Shown here piece after piece: positions 37,595-47,263 of a stretch of DNA of 64,000 bases. The stretch is from assembly GCA_035501555.1 (NCBI GenBank), contig DATJWA010000001.1, forward strand, positions 2,202 through 66,201, given 5' to 3'. The position numbers and the translations under genes were made by a program. The notes beneath the pieces are model-generated. The model was given only the letters and a program-made list of their open reading frames with translations. It was not told the origin of the DNA and ran no database searches. Every line of letters starts with the position of its first letter. Position 1 is the first letter of the stretch. The stretch is from Thermoplasmata archaeon. Lineage in GTDB: Archaea > Thermoplasmatota > Thermoplasmata > Lutacidiplasmatales > UBA184.

Positions 37595-38911
37595 TTGGCC
37601 CGCCGTCGTCCGATCGTGCTCAAGTTCGGAGGGGCGTCGCTCGGCGACCCGGCCCGGGTCGTCGCCGATGTCCGGGCGGCCCTGGCCGAAGGGCATCCGC
37701 TCGTCGTCGTCGCCTCGGCCCGGGAGGGGGTCACCGACCGGCTGGCCCTCGGCCTGCGGCGGCGACGCTCGGCCGCGCTCCACCGGAGGATCGCCGCCGA
37801 GCTCCGTGAGCAACACCCCGGTCTCTCCGCCGCCGGCCGCGCCCACCTCCTGCGGCTCTCCCGCCTCTTCGCGAAGGCAAAAGGTCCCGGACCGCTCGAC
37901 GCCCCGCTCTCCGACCGGATCCTCAGCCAGGGGGAACGCATCTCGGTCGACTGGCTCGTGCAGGTGCTCCGTCGCGCCGGCCTGCCGGCCGTCGGGGTCG
38001 AGGCCGACCGCCTCGGCTTGGTCACCGACAACGCCTACGGCGCCTCGTGCATCCTCTTCGACCGCTCGGGGCCTGCCGTCCGACGGGGCCTCGGGCGAAT
38101 CCTTGGCCGCGGGGAGATCCCGGTCGTCACCGGCTACTTCGGCCGGAGCCTGGAGGGCCAGGTGGCCACGCTGGGCCGCGGCGGGTCGGACTACGCGGCC
38201 GCCGGCCTCGGCGCCCTGCTCCACGCCGAGCGGGTCGAGCTCGTCAAGCGCCATGTCGCGGTGCTCTCGGCGGACCCCCGCGAGGTGCCGGGCGCCCGTC
38301 CGTTGCCCGTCCTCTCCTACGAGGAAGCGGAGGAGCTCGCCCAGTTCGGGGCGCGGGTCCTCCACCCGCTCACGATCGAGCCCGCCCGCACCCAGCAGAC
38401 GGTCCTGCGGGTGCGCTCGCTCGAGGACCCGAAGGTCGTCACCACGATCGGCCCCGCCCGTTCGGGTCGTCGCAACCGGGCCCTCACCCTGCTCGGCCCA
38501 CTCCGTCTCTTGCGTCTGCGGGTCCCGGGGGGTCGGCAGCGGCCCGGGATCGTCGCCGAGGTCTCGCAGCGGCTCGCCGACGCCCGCGTGAACCTCGTGC
38601 AGCTCTACACCTCCTCGGCCCTCCTCTGCCTCGTCCTCGAGCCGTCGCAGGTCCTCGCCGCCCTCCGCGCGCTCGCTCCCCTCACGCTCGAAGCGGCGGC
38701 GATGGTCGAGGGACCGTTCCGGGTCGCGCTGGTCACCGTGATCGGCGACGGGGTGACGGCCGACATCCACCGGGTGCCGCCGCAGTGCCTCGGGTTGGCC
38801 GAGGGGTTCAGCGCGACCCCGCGGGCCCTCTCGCTCGCCGTACCCGAGGATGCCGGGGGGGACGTCCTGCGGAAGCTCCATCGTGCGCTGGTCGAGGAGA
38901 CGTCCTCGTGA
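37595..38911 (+). CDS. aspartate kinase
   Basis: IVLKFGGASL at the N-terminus, and C-terminal ACT-like regulatory region. Start uncertain (TTG 37595 or GTG 37616). Confidence 0.65.
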   Translation: MARRRPIVLKFGGASLGDPARVVADVRAALAEGHPLVVVASAREGVTDRLALGLRRRRSAALHRRIAAELREQHPGLSAAGRAHLLRLSRLFAKAKGPGPLDAPLSDRILSQGERISVDWLVQVLRRAGLPAVGVEADRLGLVTDNAYGASCILFDRSGPAVRRGLGRILGRGEIPVVTGYFGRSLEGQVATLGRGGSDYAAAGLGALLHAERVELVKRHVAVLSADPREVPGARPLPVLSYEEAEELAQFGARVLHPLTIEPARTQQTVLRVRSLEDPKVVTTIGPARSGRRNRALTLLGPLRLLRLRVPGGRQRPGIVAEVSQRLADARVNLVQLYTSSALLCLVLEPSQVLAALRALAPLTLEAAAMVEGPFRVALVTVIGDGVTADIHRVPPQCLGLAEGFSATPRALSLAVPEDAGGDVLRKLHRALVEETSS

Positions 38912-40104
38912 CCGACCCGTGGGAGCGCTTCGTGATGCGCGCCGCGGGGTCCGAGAACGCCGGCTACTTCGAGCGGGCCGCGGGCCACTCGGCCCCGAAG
39001 GGGTTCGCCGTGTGGTTCGACCGGGGGGAGCTGCTCCCCCCGATCCGGTCGCCGAAGGACCTCGAACAGGCCCGCCAACGGGTGACCCGTCACCTCCGAG
39101 GGGGACGGCGGCGGTGCGCTCTCGGCTACCTCGGCTTCGACGCGGTCGGGTTGTACGAGCCGACGCTCCGACGCATCGCCGCCGGTTCGCCGTTTCCCCT
39201 GGGCGAGTTCCTCCTCGCCTCCGAGGTGAACGAGTCGATCCCCCAGCCGCGGGCGAGCACGCCCGAGAGCGTCGTGGCCCCGGTGCCCGCCCGGCCGCTC
39301 TCCGACTCGATGTCGCCCGCCCGCTTCCGGGCGAGCGTGGACCACCTGCGGCACGCGATCCGGGAGGGCGAAGCATTCCAGGTCGTGCTGGCCCATCGGC
39401 GAGGCTGGCCGCGACCGAACGACCTGCTCGAGCGCGCGGGACGCCTGCGCGCGCGAGAACGGTTCGGCTACTTCTACTACCTAAAGTGCGGGGACCGTGA
39501 GGTCGTCGGCGCGACGCCGGAATCAGTCGTTGAGGTCGACGGCCGCACCGCCCAGGTGAACCCGATCGCCGGAACTCTTCCCCATCGGTCCCCCGGCCAC
39601 CGGCTCCCGCTCCTGGACGACGCCAAAGAGCTCTCGGAGCACCGGATGCTCGTCGACCTGGCGCGCAACGATCTCGGCCGCGTGGCCGTCCCGGGTTCGG
39701 TGCGGGTCCTCTGGAAGGAACGGCGGGTCCGGTATGCCCGACTCGAGCACCTCGTGAGCCGGGTCGGGGCTCGCCTGCGCCGTGGGGTCGGTCCCTGGGG
39801 GGTGCTCGCCGCCGCGTTCCCGGCGGGAACCGTCAGCGGGGCTCCCAAGATTCGCGCGACCGCGCTCCTTCGTCGAGAAGAGGGGAGCTGGCGAGGTCCC
39901 TACGGCGGAACCGTGGGCCTGCTCCGGTCGGGGGGTCGAGCGGAATGGGCACTCGCGATCCGCTCCGGGTTCGCGGCCGGGCCACGTCTGTACACCGCGG
40001 CCGGCGCCGGGATCGTCCACGCCTCCGACCCGGCCCGCGAGTACGACGAGACCCTGGCCAAGCTCGCGATGGTCGAGTCGACGCTGGTGGCGGGGGCGCG
40101 ATGA
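38908..40104 (+). CDS. trpE: anthranilate synthase component I
   Basis: Chorismate-binding motifs FQVVLAHRR, GYFYYL, VSGAPKIRA, and GPYGGTVGLL. GTGA overlap with the aspartokinase stop. Confidence 0.75.
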   Translation: MTDPWERFVMRAAGSENAGYFERAAGHSAPKGFAVWFDRGELLPPIRSPKDLEQARQRVTRHLRGGRRRCALGYLGFDAVGLYEPTLRRIAAGSPFPLGEFLLASEVNESIPQPRASTPESVVAPVPARPLSDSMSPARFRASVDHLRHAIREGEAFQVVLAHRRGWPRPNDLLERAGRLRARERFGYFYYLKCGDREVVGATPESVVEVDGRTAQVNPIAGTLPHRSPGHRLPLLDDAKELSEHRMLVDLARNDLGRVAVPGSVRVLWKERRVRYARLEHLVSRVGARLRRGVGPWGVLAAAFPAGTVSGAPKIRATALLRREEGSWRGPYGGTVGLLRSGGRAEWALAIRSGFAAGPRLYTAAGAGIVHASDPAREYDETLAKLAMVESTLVAGAR

Positions 40105-40682
40105 AAGTCCTCCTCATCGACCACGAGGACTCGTTCGTCTACAACATCGCCCAGGCGCTCGCCGCGGAAGGGGCCAAGGTGGTCTGCCTCCGGGCCACCC
40201 GTCCGCTCCGCGACGCCTTGAAGGTGGACCCGGACGCCGTGGTCCTCTCTCCGGGCCCGGGCCACCCGAGCGACCTTCGCGTGACCGGGCTCTCGCGCGC
40301 TCTCCTCGAGCGCTGGGAGGGGGAGCGTCCGTTCCTCGGGGTCTGCCTCGGCCACCAGTTGATCGGTGAGTTCTACGGAGGCCGGGTGGCTCTCGCGCCG
40401 GCTCCGGTCCATGGGGACACTTCGCTGGTAGAGCACGACGGACGGGGGCTCTTCCGAGGCGTCCGTTCTCCGCTGGTCGGTGCGCGGTACCATTCCCTGG
40501 TCGTCGCGTCCCGGGGCATCCCGGACTCTCTCGAGGTCACGGCGCACGACGACGCCGGACTCGTGATGGGGCTACGCCACCGGCGACACTCGGTGGAGTC
40601 CGTGCAGTTCCATCCGGAATCGTACCTGACGCCGACGGGTCCCCGGCTCCTCGAGAACTTCCTTGCGGGGGTGCGTCGGTGA
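40101..40682 (+). CDS. trpG: anthranilate synthase component II (glutamine amidotransferase)
   Basis: MKVLLIDHEDSFVYNIAQAL, catalytic GVCLGHQ, and C-terminal QFHPES. ATGA overlap with trpE. Confidence 0.8.
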   Translation: MKVLLIDHEDSFVYNIAQALAAEGAKVVCLRATRPLRDALKVDPDAVVLSPGPGHPSDLRVTGLSRALLERWEGERPFLGVCLGHQLIGEFYGGRVALAPAPVHGDTSLVEHDGRGLFRGVRSPLVGARYHSLVVASRGIPDSLEVTAHDDAGLVMGLRHRRHSVESVQFHPESYLTPTGPRLLENFLAGVRR

Positions 40683-41713
40683 TCGCCGACCAGCTGCGCC
40701 GCCTCGAGGACCCGCGCACCCTCTCCCCATCGGATGCCCGGGGGCTCTTCGAAGCGCTGCTCTCCCCCGGCACCAGCGAGCTCGAGCGCGTCGCTCTACT
40801 GCTGGCGACGAGCACCCGACGAGAATCGGGGGCGGAGCTGGCGCTGCTCGCCCGGGAGATGCGGAAGCGGGCGCGGCCGTTCCGGATCCCTACGGGAGAC
40901 GGCGCGATCGACCTGTGCGGCTCGGGTGGGGCACGCCTCCCCTCCTTCAACGTCTCCACCGTGAGCGCCTTCGTCGTCGCCGCCGCGGGGCTGCCCGTCG
41001 TCAAGCACGGGAACCGGAGCTCCCGCGGACCGTGCGGCTCGAGCGACCTCCTCCTCGCGCTCGGGCTGCCGGTGGACCGCTCGGTGGAGTTCGCGCGGGC
41101 CTCCTACCGCCGCTACCATCTCGCCTTCCTGCACGCGCCGCTGTTCCACCCGTCGACCCGGCTCGTCGCGACCGCCCGGCGGGCGCTCGGGATCCCCACG
41201 GTCTTCAACCGGCTCGGCCCTCTCTCCAACCCCGCCGGCGTGCGCGCCCAGGTCGTCGGGGTTCCCACGCTCCCCGCGACCGCCCGGGCCGCCGACGCGC
41301 TTCGTCGGCTGGGAGTGCGCAAGGGGCTCGCGATGTCGAGCCGGGAAGGGTGTGACGAATTCTCGCCGAAGCGCCCGACCGACGGGGTCCGGTGGACCGC
41401 CTCGGGCTCGCGCTCCATCACCGTCCGACCGGAGCGATACCTCGAGACCGACGAGCGGGCAGGAGATTGGGGTGCGCTCCCGGCCCCCGAGGCGGCCGAA
41501 GAGGCCGAGCGGGTGCTCGCGGGCGGAGGCGGAGCGCGCCGCGGCTCTGTCCTCCTGACCAGCGGGGCGGCACTCTGGGTGGGTGGTCGCGCACACTCGC
41601 TCGCCGAGGGAGTCGGGCAAGCCCGGGAGGCGCTCGACGGCGGGGCCGCGGAGACCCTGCTCGCCAGCCTGCGCGCCCTGTCCTCCCGGTTCCCCCCCGA
41701 GGAGGGAAGTTGA
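40679..41713 (+). CDS. trpD: anthranilate phosphoribosyltransferase
   Basis: DLCGSGGARLPSFNVSTVSAFVVAAAGLPVVKHGNRS (glycine-rich PRPP loop). GTG start overlapping the trpG stop. Confidence 0.8.
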   Translation: MIADQLRRLEDPRTLSPSDARGLFEALLSPGTSELERVALLLATSTRRESGAELALLAREMRKRARPFRIPTGDGAIDLCGSGGARLPSFNVSTVSAFVVAAAGLPVVKHGNRSSRGPCGSSDLLLALGLPVDRSVEFARASYRRYHLAFLHAPLFHPSTRLVATARRALGIPTVFNRLGPLSNPAGVRAQVVGVPTLPATARAADALRRLGVRKGLAMSSREGCDEFSPKRPTDGVRWTASGSRSITVRPERYLETDERAGDWGALPAPEAAEEAERVLAGGGGARRGSVLLTSGAALWVGGRAHSLAEGVGQAREALDGGAAETLLASLRALSSRFPPEEGS

Positions 41714-42516
41714 GCGGGGGATTCCTGGAGCGGATCGTCCGCTCGACCCGTGCGGCGATCGCCGACCCCGCCTACCTCGAGGGTCTCCCCCCGGAGGCCC
41801 CCGGCCGCCGGCCGAGCCTCCGGAAGGCGGTCGAGCGCGACCGATCCGTCGGGGCGTTGCTGGCCGAGTTCAAGCGCAGGTCCCCGGGGGCCGCCCAGCC
41901 GGACCTTCCCGTCCACACCCCCGCCGAGTTCCTTGAGCCGCTGGAACGCACCGGGGTGACAGGGTACTCCTGCCTGGCCTCGACCCCCGAGTTCCGAGGT
42001 CGGCCGGCGGACGTCCGCGAGCTCACGACCCGCACCGAGCGGCCGGTCCTGTTCAAGGAGTTCGTCATCGACCCGGTGCAGCTCGACGCCGCCGCCCGCG
42101 CCGGGGCGAGCGCCGTCCTGCTGGTCGCCCGGCTCGAAACGTCGGGATTCTTGGAGACCCCGCTCGCCGAGCTGGCGCGGGGGGCGCACGCCCGCGGCCT
42201 CGAGGTCCTCCTCGAATGGCACGAGCGCGCAGAATTAAGACGCACGGAGGACGTGGCCGCGGACGTGTACGGGGTGAACGTGCGGGACCTCGACACCCTG
42301 GAGCTCCGTCGCGAGGTCGCCGCGGAGACGATCCGCGCCGCCGCCGAGCGACGTCCTTTGCTGGGTCTCAGCGGCGTCGACGGTCCCGTCGAGGCGCGGC
42401 GGTTCTGGCAGCTCGGTGTGGACGGGGTCCTTGTCGGCAGCGCGCTCGCCCGGGCGCCCGACCCGGCCGGATTCCTCGAAGGACTACGCCGGGCTCGGTC
42501 CGGAGGGATGTCGTGA
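41710..42516 (+). CDS. trpC: indole-3-glycerol phosphate synthase
   Basis: LAEFKRRSPG, VLFKEFVID, and TIM-barrel C-terminal LGLSGVDGPVEARRFWQLGVDGVLVGSAL. TTG start overlapping the trpD stop. Confidence 0.7.
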   Translation: MSGGFLERIVRSTRAAIADPAYLEGLPPEAPGRRPSLRKAVERDRSVGALLAEFKRRSPGAAQPDLPVHTPAEFLEPLERTGVTGYSCLASTPEFRGRPADVRELTTRTERPVLFKEFVIDPVQLDAAARAGASAVLLVARLETSGFLETPLAELARGAHARGLEVLLEWHERAELRRTEDVAADVYGVNVRDLDTLELRREVAAETIRAAAERRPLLGLSGVDGPVEARRFWQLGVDGVLVGSALARAPDPAGFLEGLRRARSGGMS

Positions 42517-43160
42517 GGACCTTCGTCAAGTTCTGCGGGCTCTCCGACCCGGCGACCCTTGCCGAGGTCCCCGACGGGGGCGCGGCCGGCTTCGTGATCG
42601 AGGTCCCGGGCTCGCCCCGGACCATCTCGGTCGAGCGCGCGACCGAGCTGGTCGGGCTCGTGCCGACGGAGGCCGAAGCGTGGGCGGTCGTAGTGGCGCC
42701 CACCGCCGAGCTGGTCCGCCGCCTGTTCGACGACGTCGGGGTCGACCGAGTCCAGGTCTACGGGCCGGTTCCCGAAGGCCTCGACTACCTCACGATGCAC
42801 CACCTCGTCCCGTCGCTGCCCGTCGGCGTTCCCGGCTCCGGTACCCCGGAGCCGGTCATTCCCCCGGCCGAGAGCTTCCCGAGGATTCACCTCGACGCCG
42901 CCGGCCAGCCGCTCCCCGGGGGCAGCGGCTCCCGGCCCGACTGGGAGGTCTGCGCGCGACTGGTCGATGCGAACCCGGGACGAAAGTTCGTTCTCGGAGG
43001 CGGCCTCACGCCGGAGAACGTCGTCGAGGCGCTCGGGACCGTGCGGCCGTGGGGGGTCGACGTCTCCTCCGGGATCGAGAAGGCGCCGGGGGTCAAGGAC
43101 CCGGCGAAGATGCGCGCGTTCGTGGAGGCGGTGGCGCAGCTCGAGTCGGGCCATGCCTAG
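42513..43160 (+). CDS. trpF: phosphoribosylanthranilate isomerase
   Basis: [14 protein letters not shown] and [17 protein letters not shown] overlap with trpC. Confidence 0.7.
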   Translation: MRTFVKFCGLSDPATLAEVPDGGAAGFVIEVPGSPRTISVERATELVGLVPTEAEAWAVVVAPTAELVRRLFDDVGVDRVQVYGPVPEGLDYLTMHHLVPSLPVGVPGSGTPEPVIPPAESFPRIHLDAAGQPLPGGSGSRPDWEVCARLVDANPGRKFVLGGGLTPENVVEALGTVRPWGVDVSSGIEKAPGVKDPAKMRAFVEAVAQLESGHA

Positions 43161-44313
43161 ACGGTACGGTCCCTACGGCGGCGCCTACGTTCCCGAGACG
43201 CTCGTCCCTGCCCTCGAGGAGCTCGAGCGGACCTGGACGGAAGCGCGTCGCGACCCGAAGTTCCGCGCCGAGCTGCGCACCCTCTCCGAGACGCTCGGGG
43301 GGCGGCCCACCCCGCTGTACTTCGCGCGGAACCTCACCCGCCGGGCCGGCGGGGCCGAGATCTGGCTGAAGCGCGAGGACCTCGTCCACGGCGGGGCGCA
43401 CAAGTTCAACAACGCGCTCGGTCAGGGGCTGCTCGCCCGCCGGATGGGCAAGCCCCGGCTGATCGCGGAGACGGGGGCGGGCCAGCATGGCGTCGCGACC
43501 GCGATGATCGGGGCAGCGCTCGGCCTTCGGACCGAGGTGTACATGGGCTCGGTCGACATGCGCCGCCAGCGCCCGAACGTCGAGCGGATGCGGCTGCTCG
43601 GCGCCGAGGTCCACCCGGTCACGACCGGGAGCCGGACGTTGAAGGACGCGATCAACGCCGCCCTCCGGGACTGGATCGCGAACGTTCGCACGACCCACTA
43701 CCTGCTCGGCTCGGCGGTCGGGCCCCATCCGTTCCCGGCGATCGTGGCGGACTTCCAGAGCGTCATCGGGCGAGAGCTCCGCCGCCAGTCGGTCCGTTCG
43801 TTCGGTCGGCTCCCCGACCTGGCGGTTGCGTGCGTCGGCGGGGGCTCGAACGCCATCGGGACGTTCCACCCGCTCCTGCGGACCCCGGTCGAGCTGCTCG
43901 GGGTCGAGGCCGGCGGGCGCTCGGCCGGCTCCGGGGGGGCGGCCTCCCTGAGCCGGGGCCGACCCGGCATCCTACACGGGACCTACTCGTACGTCCTGCA
44001 GGACTCCGACGGACAGGTGGCGGACACGGAGAGCGTCTCCGCGGGGCTCGACTACGCCGGGGTCGGTCCCGAGCACGCCTGGCTCCGCGACTCGGGGCGG
44101 GCCCGCTACGTGGCGGTCCGGGACCGCGACGCGCTCGCCGCTTTCCACTGGCTGGCCGAGGACGAGGGGATCCTGCCGGCCCTCGAGCCGGCGCACGCGC
44201 TGTTCGCGGCAGTGCAAGAGGCGCGCCGGCGTCCGTCGACCCAGCACATCGCGGTCACGCTCTCCGGCCGCGGCGACAAGGACCTCGAGGTGGTGCTGCG
44301 TGCGTCTCGGTAA
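43153..44313 (+). CDS. trpB: tryptophan synthase beta chain
   Basis: [11 protein letters not shown]-lysine context [23 protein letters not shown], and GGGSNAIG. Confidence 0.85.
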   Translation: MPRRYGPYGGAYVPETLVPALEELERTWTEARRDPKFRAELRTLSETLGGRPTPLYFARNLTRRAGGAEIWLKREDLVHGGAHKFNNALGQGLLARRMGKPRLIAETGAGQHGVATAMIGAALGLRTEVYMGSVDMRRQRPNVERMRLLGAEVHPVTTGSRTLKDAINAALRDWIANVRTTHYLLGSAVGPHPFPAIVADFQSVIGRELRRQSVRSFGRLPDLAVACVGGGSNAIGTFHPLLRTPVELLGVEAGGRSAGSGGAASLSRGRPGILHGTYSYVLQDSDGQVADTESVSAGLDYAGVGPEHAWLRDSGRARYVAVRDRDALAAFHWLAEDEGILPALEPAHALFAAVQEARRRPSTQHIAVTLSGRGDKDLEVVLRASR

Positions 44314-45070
44314 GGCCCTCGTACGGGGCCGCGGCAGGGCGCCGTACCTCGTCCCGTACATCCTCGTGGACCGGGCGAGGAGCGGCCGCCTGGGGGCGAC
44401 CGTCCGGGCGCTCCGCGACGGGGGCGCCTCGGCCGTGGAGCTCGGGTTCCCGTTCTCCGACCCGATCGCCGACGGGCCGGTCCTCGCCGGGGCAAGCGGT
44501 CGCGCGCTCGGGCACGGGACCACCTGGCGGGACCTGCTGCGGGGAGTGCGGACCGCCGCGCCGCTCCTCCCCACCGCGGTGATGACGTACGCAAACCCGG
44601 TCTGGCGGCGAGGGCTCGACGTGGCACTTGAGGAACTCGCGACCGCGGGCGCCTCCGGTCTGATCGTGCCCGACCTCTCCTGGGAGGAGAGCGGCCCCTG
44701 GCGGGCCGGCGCGCGGCGGGCCGGGCTCGACCTGGTGCTGTTCGCGGCACCGGGAACCTCGCTCGAGCGGGTCGGCCGCATCGCCGCCCAGGCGCGGGGG
44801 TTCCTCTACCTCGTCTCCCGCTACGGTACGACGGGCACCGGGGCGACGCAGTCCGCGAAGGAGCTGCGCCCGCTGGTCGACGCGGCACACCGGTCCGCGC
44901 CGCGGCTGTCGGTCCTGGTCGGGTTCGGGGTCCGGGACCGCGCCTCGCGGGATGCGGCGCTATCGAGCGGCGCCGACGGCGTGATCGTCGGGACGGCACT
45001 CGAAGAGCGCCTGGCCGCGGGAGTCTCGGCGGCCGCGCTCACCCGCTGGGTCGCGGAGCTCGTGCGCTAG
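44300..45070 (+). CDS. trpA: tryptophan synthase alpha chain
   Basis: [11 protein letters not shown], and the TrpA loop [16 protein letters not shown] start overlapping the trpB stop. Confidence 0.8.
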   Translation: MRLGKALVRGRGRAPYLVPYILVDRARSGRLGATVRALRDGGASAVELGFPFSDPIADGPVLAGASGRALGHGTTWRDLLRGVRTAAPLLPTAVMTYANPVWRRGLDVALEELATAGASGLIVPDLSWEESGPWRAGARRAGLDLVLFAAPGTSLERVGRIAAQARGFLYLVSRYGTTGTGATQSAKELRPLVDAAHRSAPRLSVLVGFGVRDRASRDAALSSGADGVIVGTALEERLAAGVSAAALTRWVAELVR

Positions 45071-46131
45071 GGCCGGATCCGCTCGAGCGAGAGGAACCGC
45101 ACCGACCCCGAGTCCGCGACCCCGGCGAGGAGGAACTCCTTGCGGACGCCTTGGGCCACCCGGACCCCGCCCGCGATCGTCGGCCAGCGGGAGCGGTGGG
45201 CGTCGGGCACCGCCTGGACGAGGTAGCGGGCGTGCGCGTGCTCCGGGTTGCGGGGGTAGGCGCGGAAATGCGCCCCGTACTTGAACCCCGTCTTGACGAC
45301 GAGCTGACGGGCGCGCAGGTCACGGTAGGCCGCCAGGCGCTCGGGGAACCCCGGGTCCAGGCGACGGGCGCGCGCCTCGAGTCGCTCGAACGGGACCGTG
45401 CGGCCGCTCTGCGCCTCCTTCAGGGTGAGCTGTCCCGTGGAGGCGAGGTAGGCGGCCTCGAGCAGGGAGAGCTCGAGCCGGTCGCCGACCCGGCTCCCGT
45501 AGGCGAGCGCCTTACCGAGCTCCTCGACCGCCGTCGCGTCGTGGACCGTGACGCGGTCCACGGAGAGCCAGCCCTCCGTCGGCGCGGCCAGCGGCCGCGA
45601 GGGGAGCGCCCCGTTCGGCGAGGGGCGGCGGACCCGGTAGTACGTGAGGTCGGACTCTTCGTCGACCAGCGCGAGGAGGAGCTGCTTCTTGGCCGATTGG
45701 GCCCGGGCCGCGAGGTCGAGCAGCTGGGCGAGGTCGAACGGCTCCCGCTCGCTGAGCGCCTCGACCCAGAACCGGGACGGGGTCTTGTGGAGGATCCCGC
45801 CACGCGGCAGGACCGAGAAATCGACCGGCGGCGCGCTCGTCCGGACCACGTACCCCCGCTGTCGGAGGTCGCGGTAGACGAGGTAGCGCACCGCGAAGCC
45901 CGCGTCGGCCCGGACCGCCCGGCGGAAAAGCGTGGGCCAGGCAAGAGCTCGGCCGGACCCTTCGGTGACGTCGGCCCGGCCCATCTCGGTGAGGTAGACC
46001 GCCTCGTAGCGGTCGAGGAGCAGGCTTCCGCCGGATTGCGGCGTACCGAAGTATCCCTTGCCGTACACCCCGCCGGCTTCCGTCGGGTCGTCGAACCGGA
46101 CGGTGGCGTCGGGCAGGACCCGACCGCTCAC
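45067..46131 (-). CDS. endA: tRNA-splicing endonuclease (tandem-repeat, homodimeric type)
   Basis: Two-repeat architecture of about 354 aa. N-terminal repeat YRDLRQRGYVV. C-terminal catalytic repeat YRDLRARQLVVKTGFKYGAHFRAYP and HAHARYLV. Confidence 0.6.
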   Translation of the reverse strand: MSGRVLPDATVRFDDPTEAGGVYGKGYFGTPQSGGSLLLDRYEAVYLTEMGRADVTEGSGRALAWPTLFRRAVRADAGFAVRYLVYRDLRQRGYVVRTSAPPVDFSVLPRGGILHKTPSRFWVEALSEREPFDLAQLLDLAARAQSAKKQLLLALVDEESDLTYYRVRRPSPNGALPSRPLAAPTEGWLSVDRVTVHDATAVEELGKALAYGSRVGDRLELSLLEAAYLASTGQLTLKEAQSGRTVPFERLEARARRLDPGFPERLAAYRDLRARQLVVKTGFKYGAHFRAYPRNPEHAHARYLVQAVPDAHRSRWPTIAGGVRVAQGVRKEFLLAGVADSGSVRFLSLERIRP

Positions 46132-46676
46132 GCCCGGGCCCCGCGCAGGTCGCGGAGGGTTGCGAGCGGCTCCAGCCGGACGCCGACCGCGGCGAGCCGC
46201 TCGGTCGCTCCCGCCTCCCGGTCGATAACGACCACGGCCCGGTCAACGACCCCGCCCGCGGCCCGGATGATCTCGATGGACCGCAGTGAGCTGCCGCCCG
46301 TCGTCGAGACGTCCTCGATGAGGAGGACGCGCGAGCCGGGGGGGATCTCCCCTTCGTAGGCCTGACGGGTCCCGTGCTCCTTGACGGCCTTGCGCAGGAC
46401 GACGTACGGCAGTCCGGTCCGCAGCGCGGTGGCAACCACCAGCGGGACGGCCCCGAGCTCCATCCCCGCGAGACGGTCGGCGTTGCCCACGCGGGACGCA
46501 AGGGCCCGTCCCATCAGCTCGAGCCGTCGGGGGTCGGGCCAGGCGCGCTTGACGTCCACGTAGACGTCGCTCTTCTCGCCCGAGGAGAGGGTGAACTCAC
46601 CGAACTGCACCGCGTCGGCGTCCAGCAGCATCCGGATCAGCGCGTCCTGCGCGACGGGCTCGTTCGAAACCGTCAC
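46128..46676 (-). CDS. pyrE: orotate phosphoribosyltransferase
   Basis: PRPP-binding motif VLLIEDVSTTGGS, and FGEFTLSSGEKSDVYVD. Confidence 0.8.
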   Translation of the reverse strand: MTVSNEPVAQDALIRMLLDADAVQFGEFTLSSGEKSDVYVDVKRAWPDPRRLELMGRALASRVGNADRLAGMELGAVPLVVATALRTGLPYVVLRKAVKEHGTRQAYEGEIPPGSRVLLIEDVSTTGGSSLRSIEIIRAAGGVVDRAVVVIDREAGATERLAAVGVRLEPLATLRDLRGARA

Positions 46677-47251
46677 CAGGGCACCTTCTTCAAGCCGACC
46701 TTGTAGCCGACCCAGTTAAAGGCAGCGTGCAGCCCGAGCGTGTAGACCAGGAGCCATAAGACCGCTTCCCAGCTCCAGAACACCCCGAAGAAGAGCGCGG
46801 GGTAGGCCGCGAACCCGAGCGCGATCGGGACGAGCACGAACGGGAGCTGGTCGAGGAGGAGGGTCCGCGCCCCGCTCTCCCTCCCGAGCCGTCGCTTGAT
46901 GAACGAGCCGAGCGCGTCCCCGGTCATCGCCCCAAAGGTGAGGAGGAAGGCGAGGGGGAGCGCGTCGAGCACGGTCGGGGCGAGGGTCGGGACGAGCTTC
47001 CAGTTCGGGGGCGCGATCAGGACGAGCCACGCCTCGAGCAGGACGACCGGGAGGGAGACGAACCCGGCAAAGAGGAACCCGGACCACGTCTTGGACGGCC
47101 CGAGGATCCGGCGGCCGTCGCCGGGCCACGTCCGGCCGAGGTCCATCGGAGGGCCCCGGCCCCGCGGCAGGGTCGCGAGCGCGTTCGCGACGTAGGCGGG
47201 GAGCAGCAGCCAGAGTACGGATATCGCGCTCTGGAGGATCGGAGCGAGCAC
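46673..47251 (-). CDS. carS: CDP-archaeol synthase (CTP:2,3-di-O-geranylgeranyl-sn-glycero-1-phosphate cytidyltransferase)
   Basis: Polytopic membrane protein with LLLPAYVANALA and TWSGFL motifs typical of archaeal CarS (DUF46). Confidence 0.6.
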   Translation of the reverse strand: MLAPILQSAISVLWLLLPAYVANALATLPRGRGPPMDLGRTWPGDGRRILGPSKTWSGFLFAGFVSLPVVLLEAWLVLIAPPNWKLVPTLAPTVLDALPLAFLLTFGAMTGDALGSFIKRRLGRESGARTLLLDQLPFVLVPIALGFAAYPALFFGVFWSWEAVLWLLVYTLGLHAAFNWVGYKVGLKKVPW

Positions 47252-47263
47252 GCGCGGCCCTCG

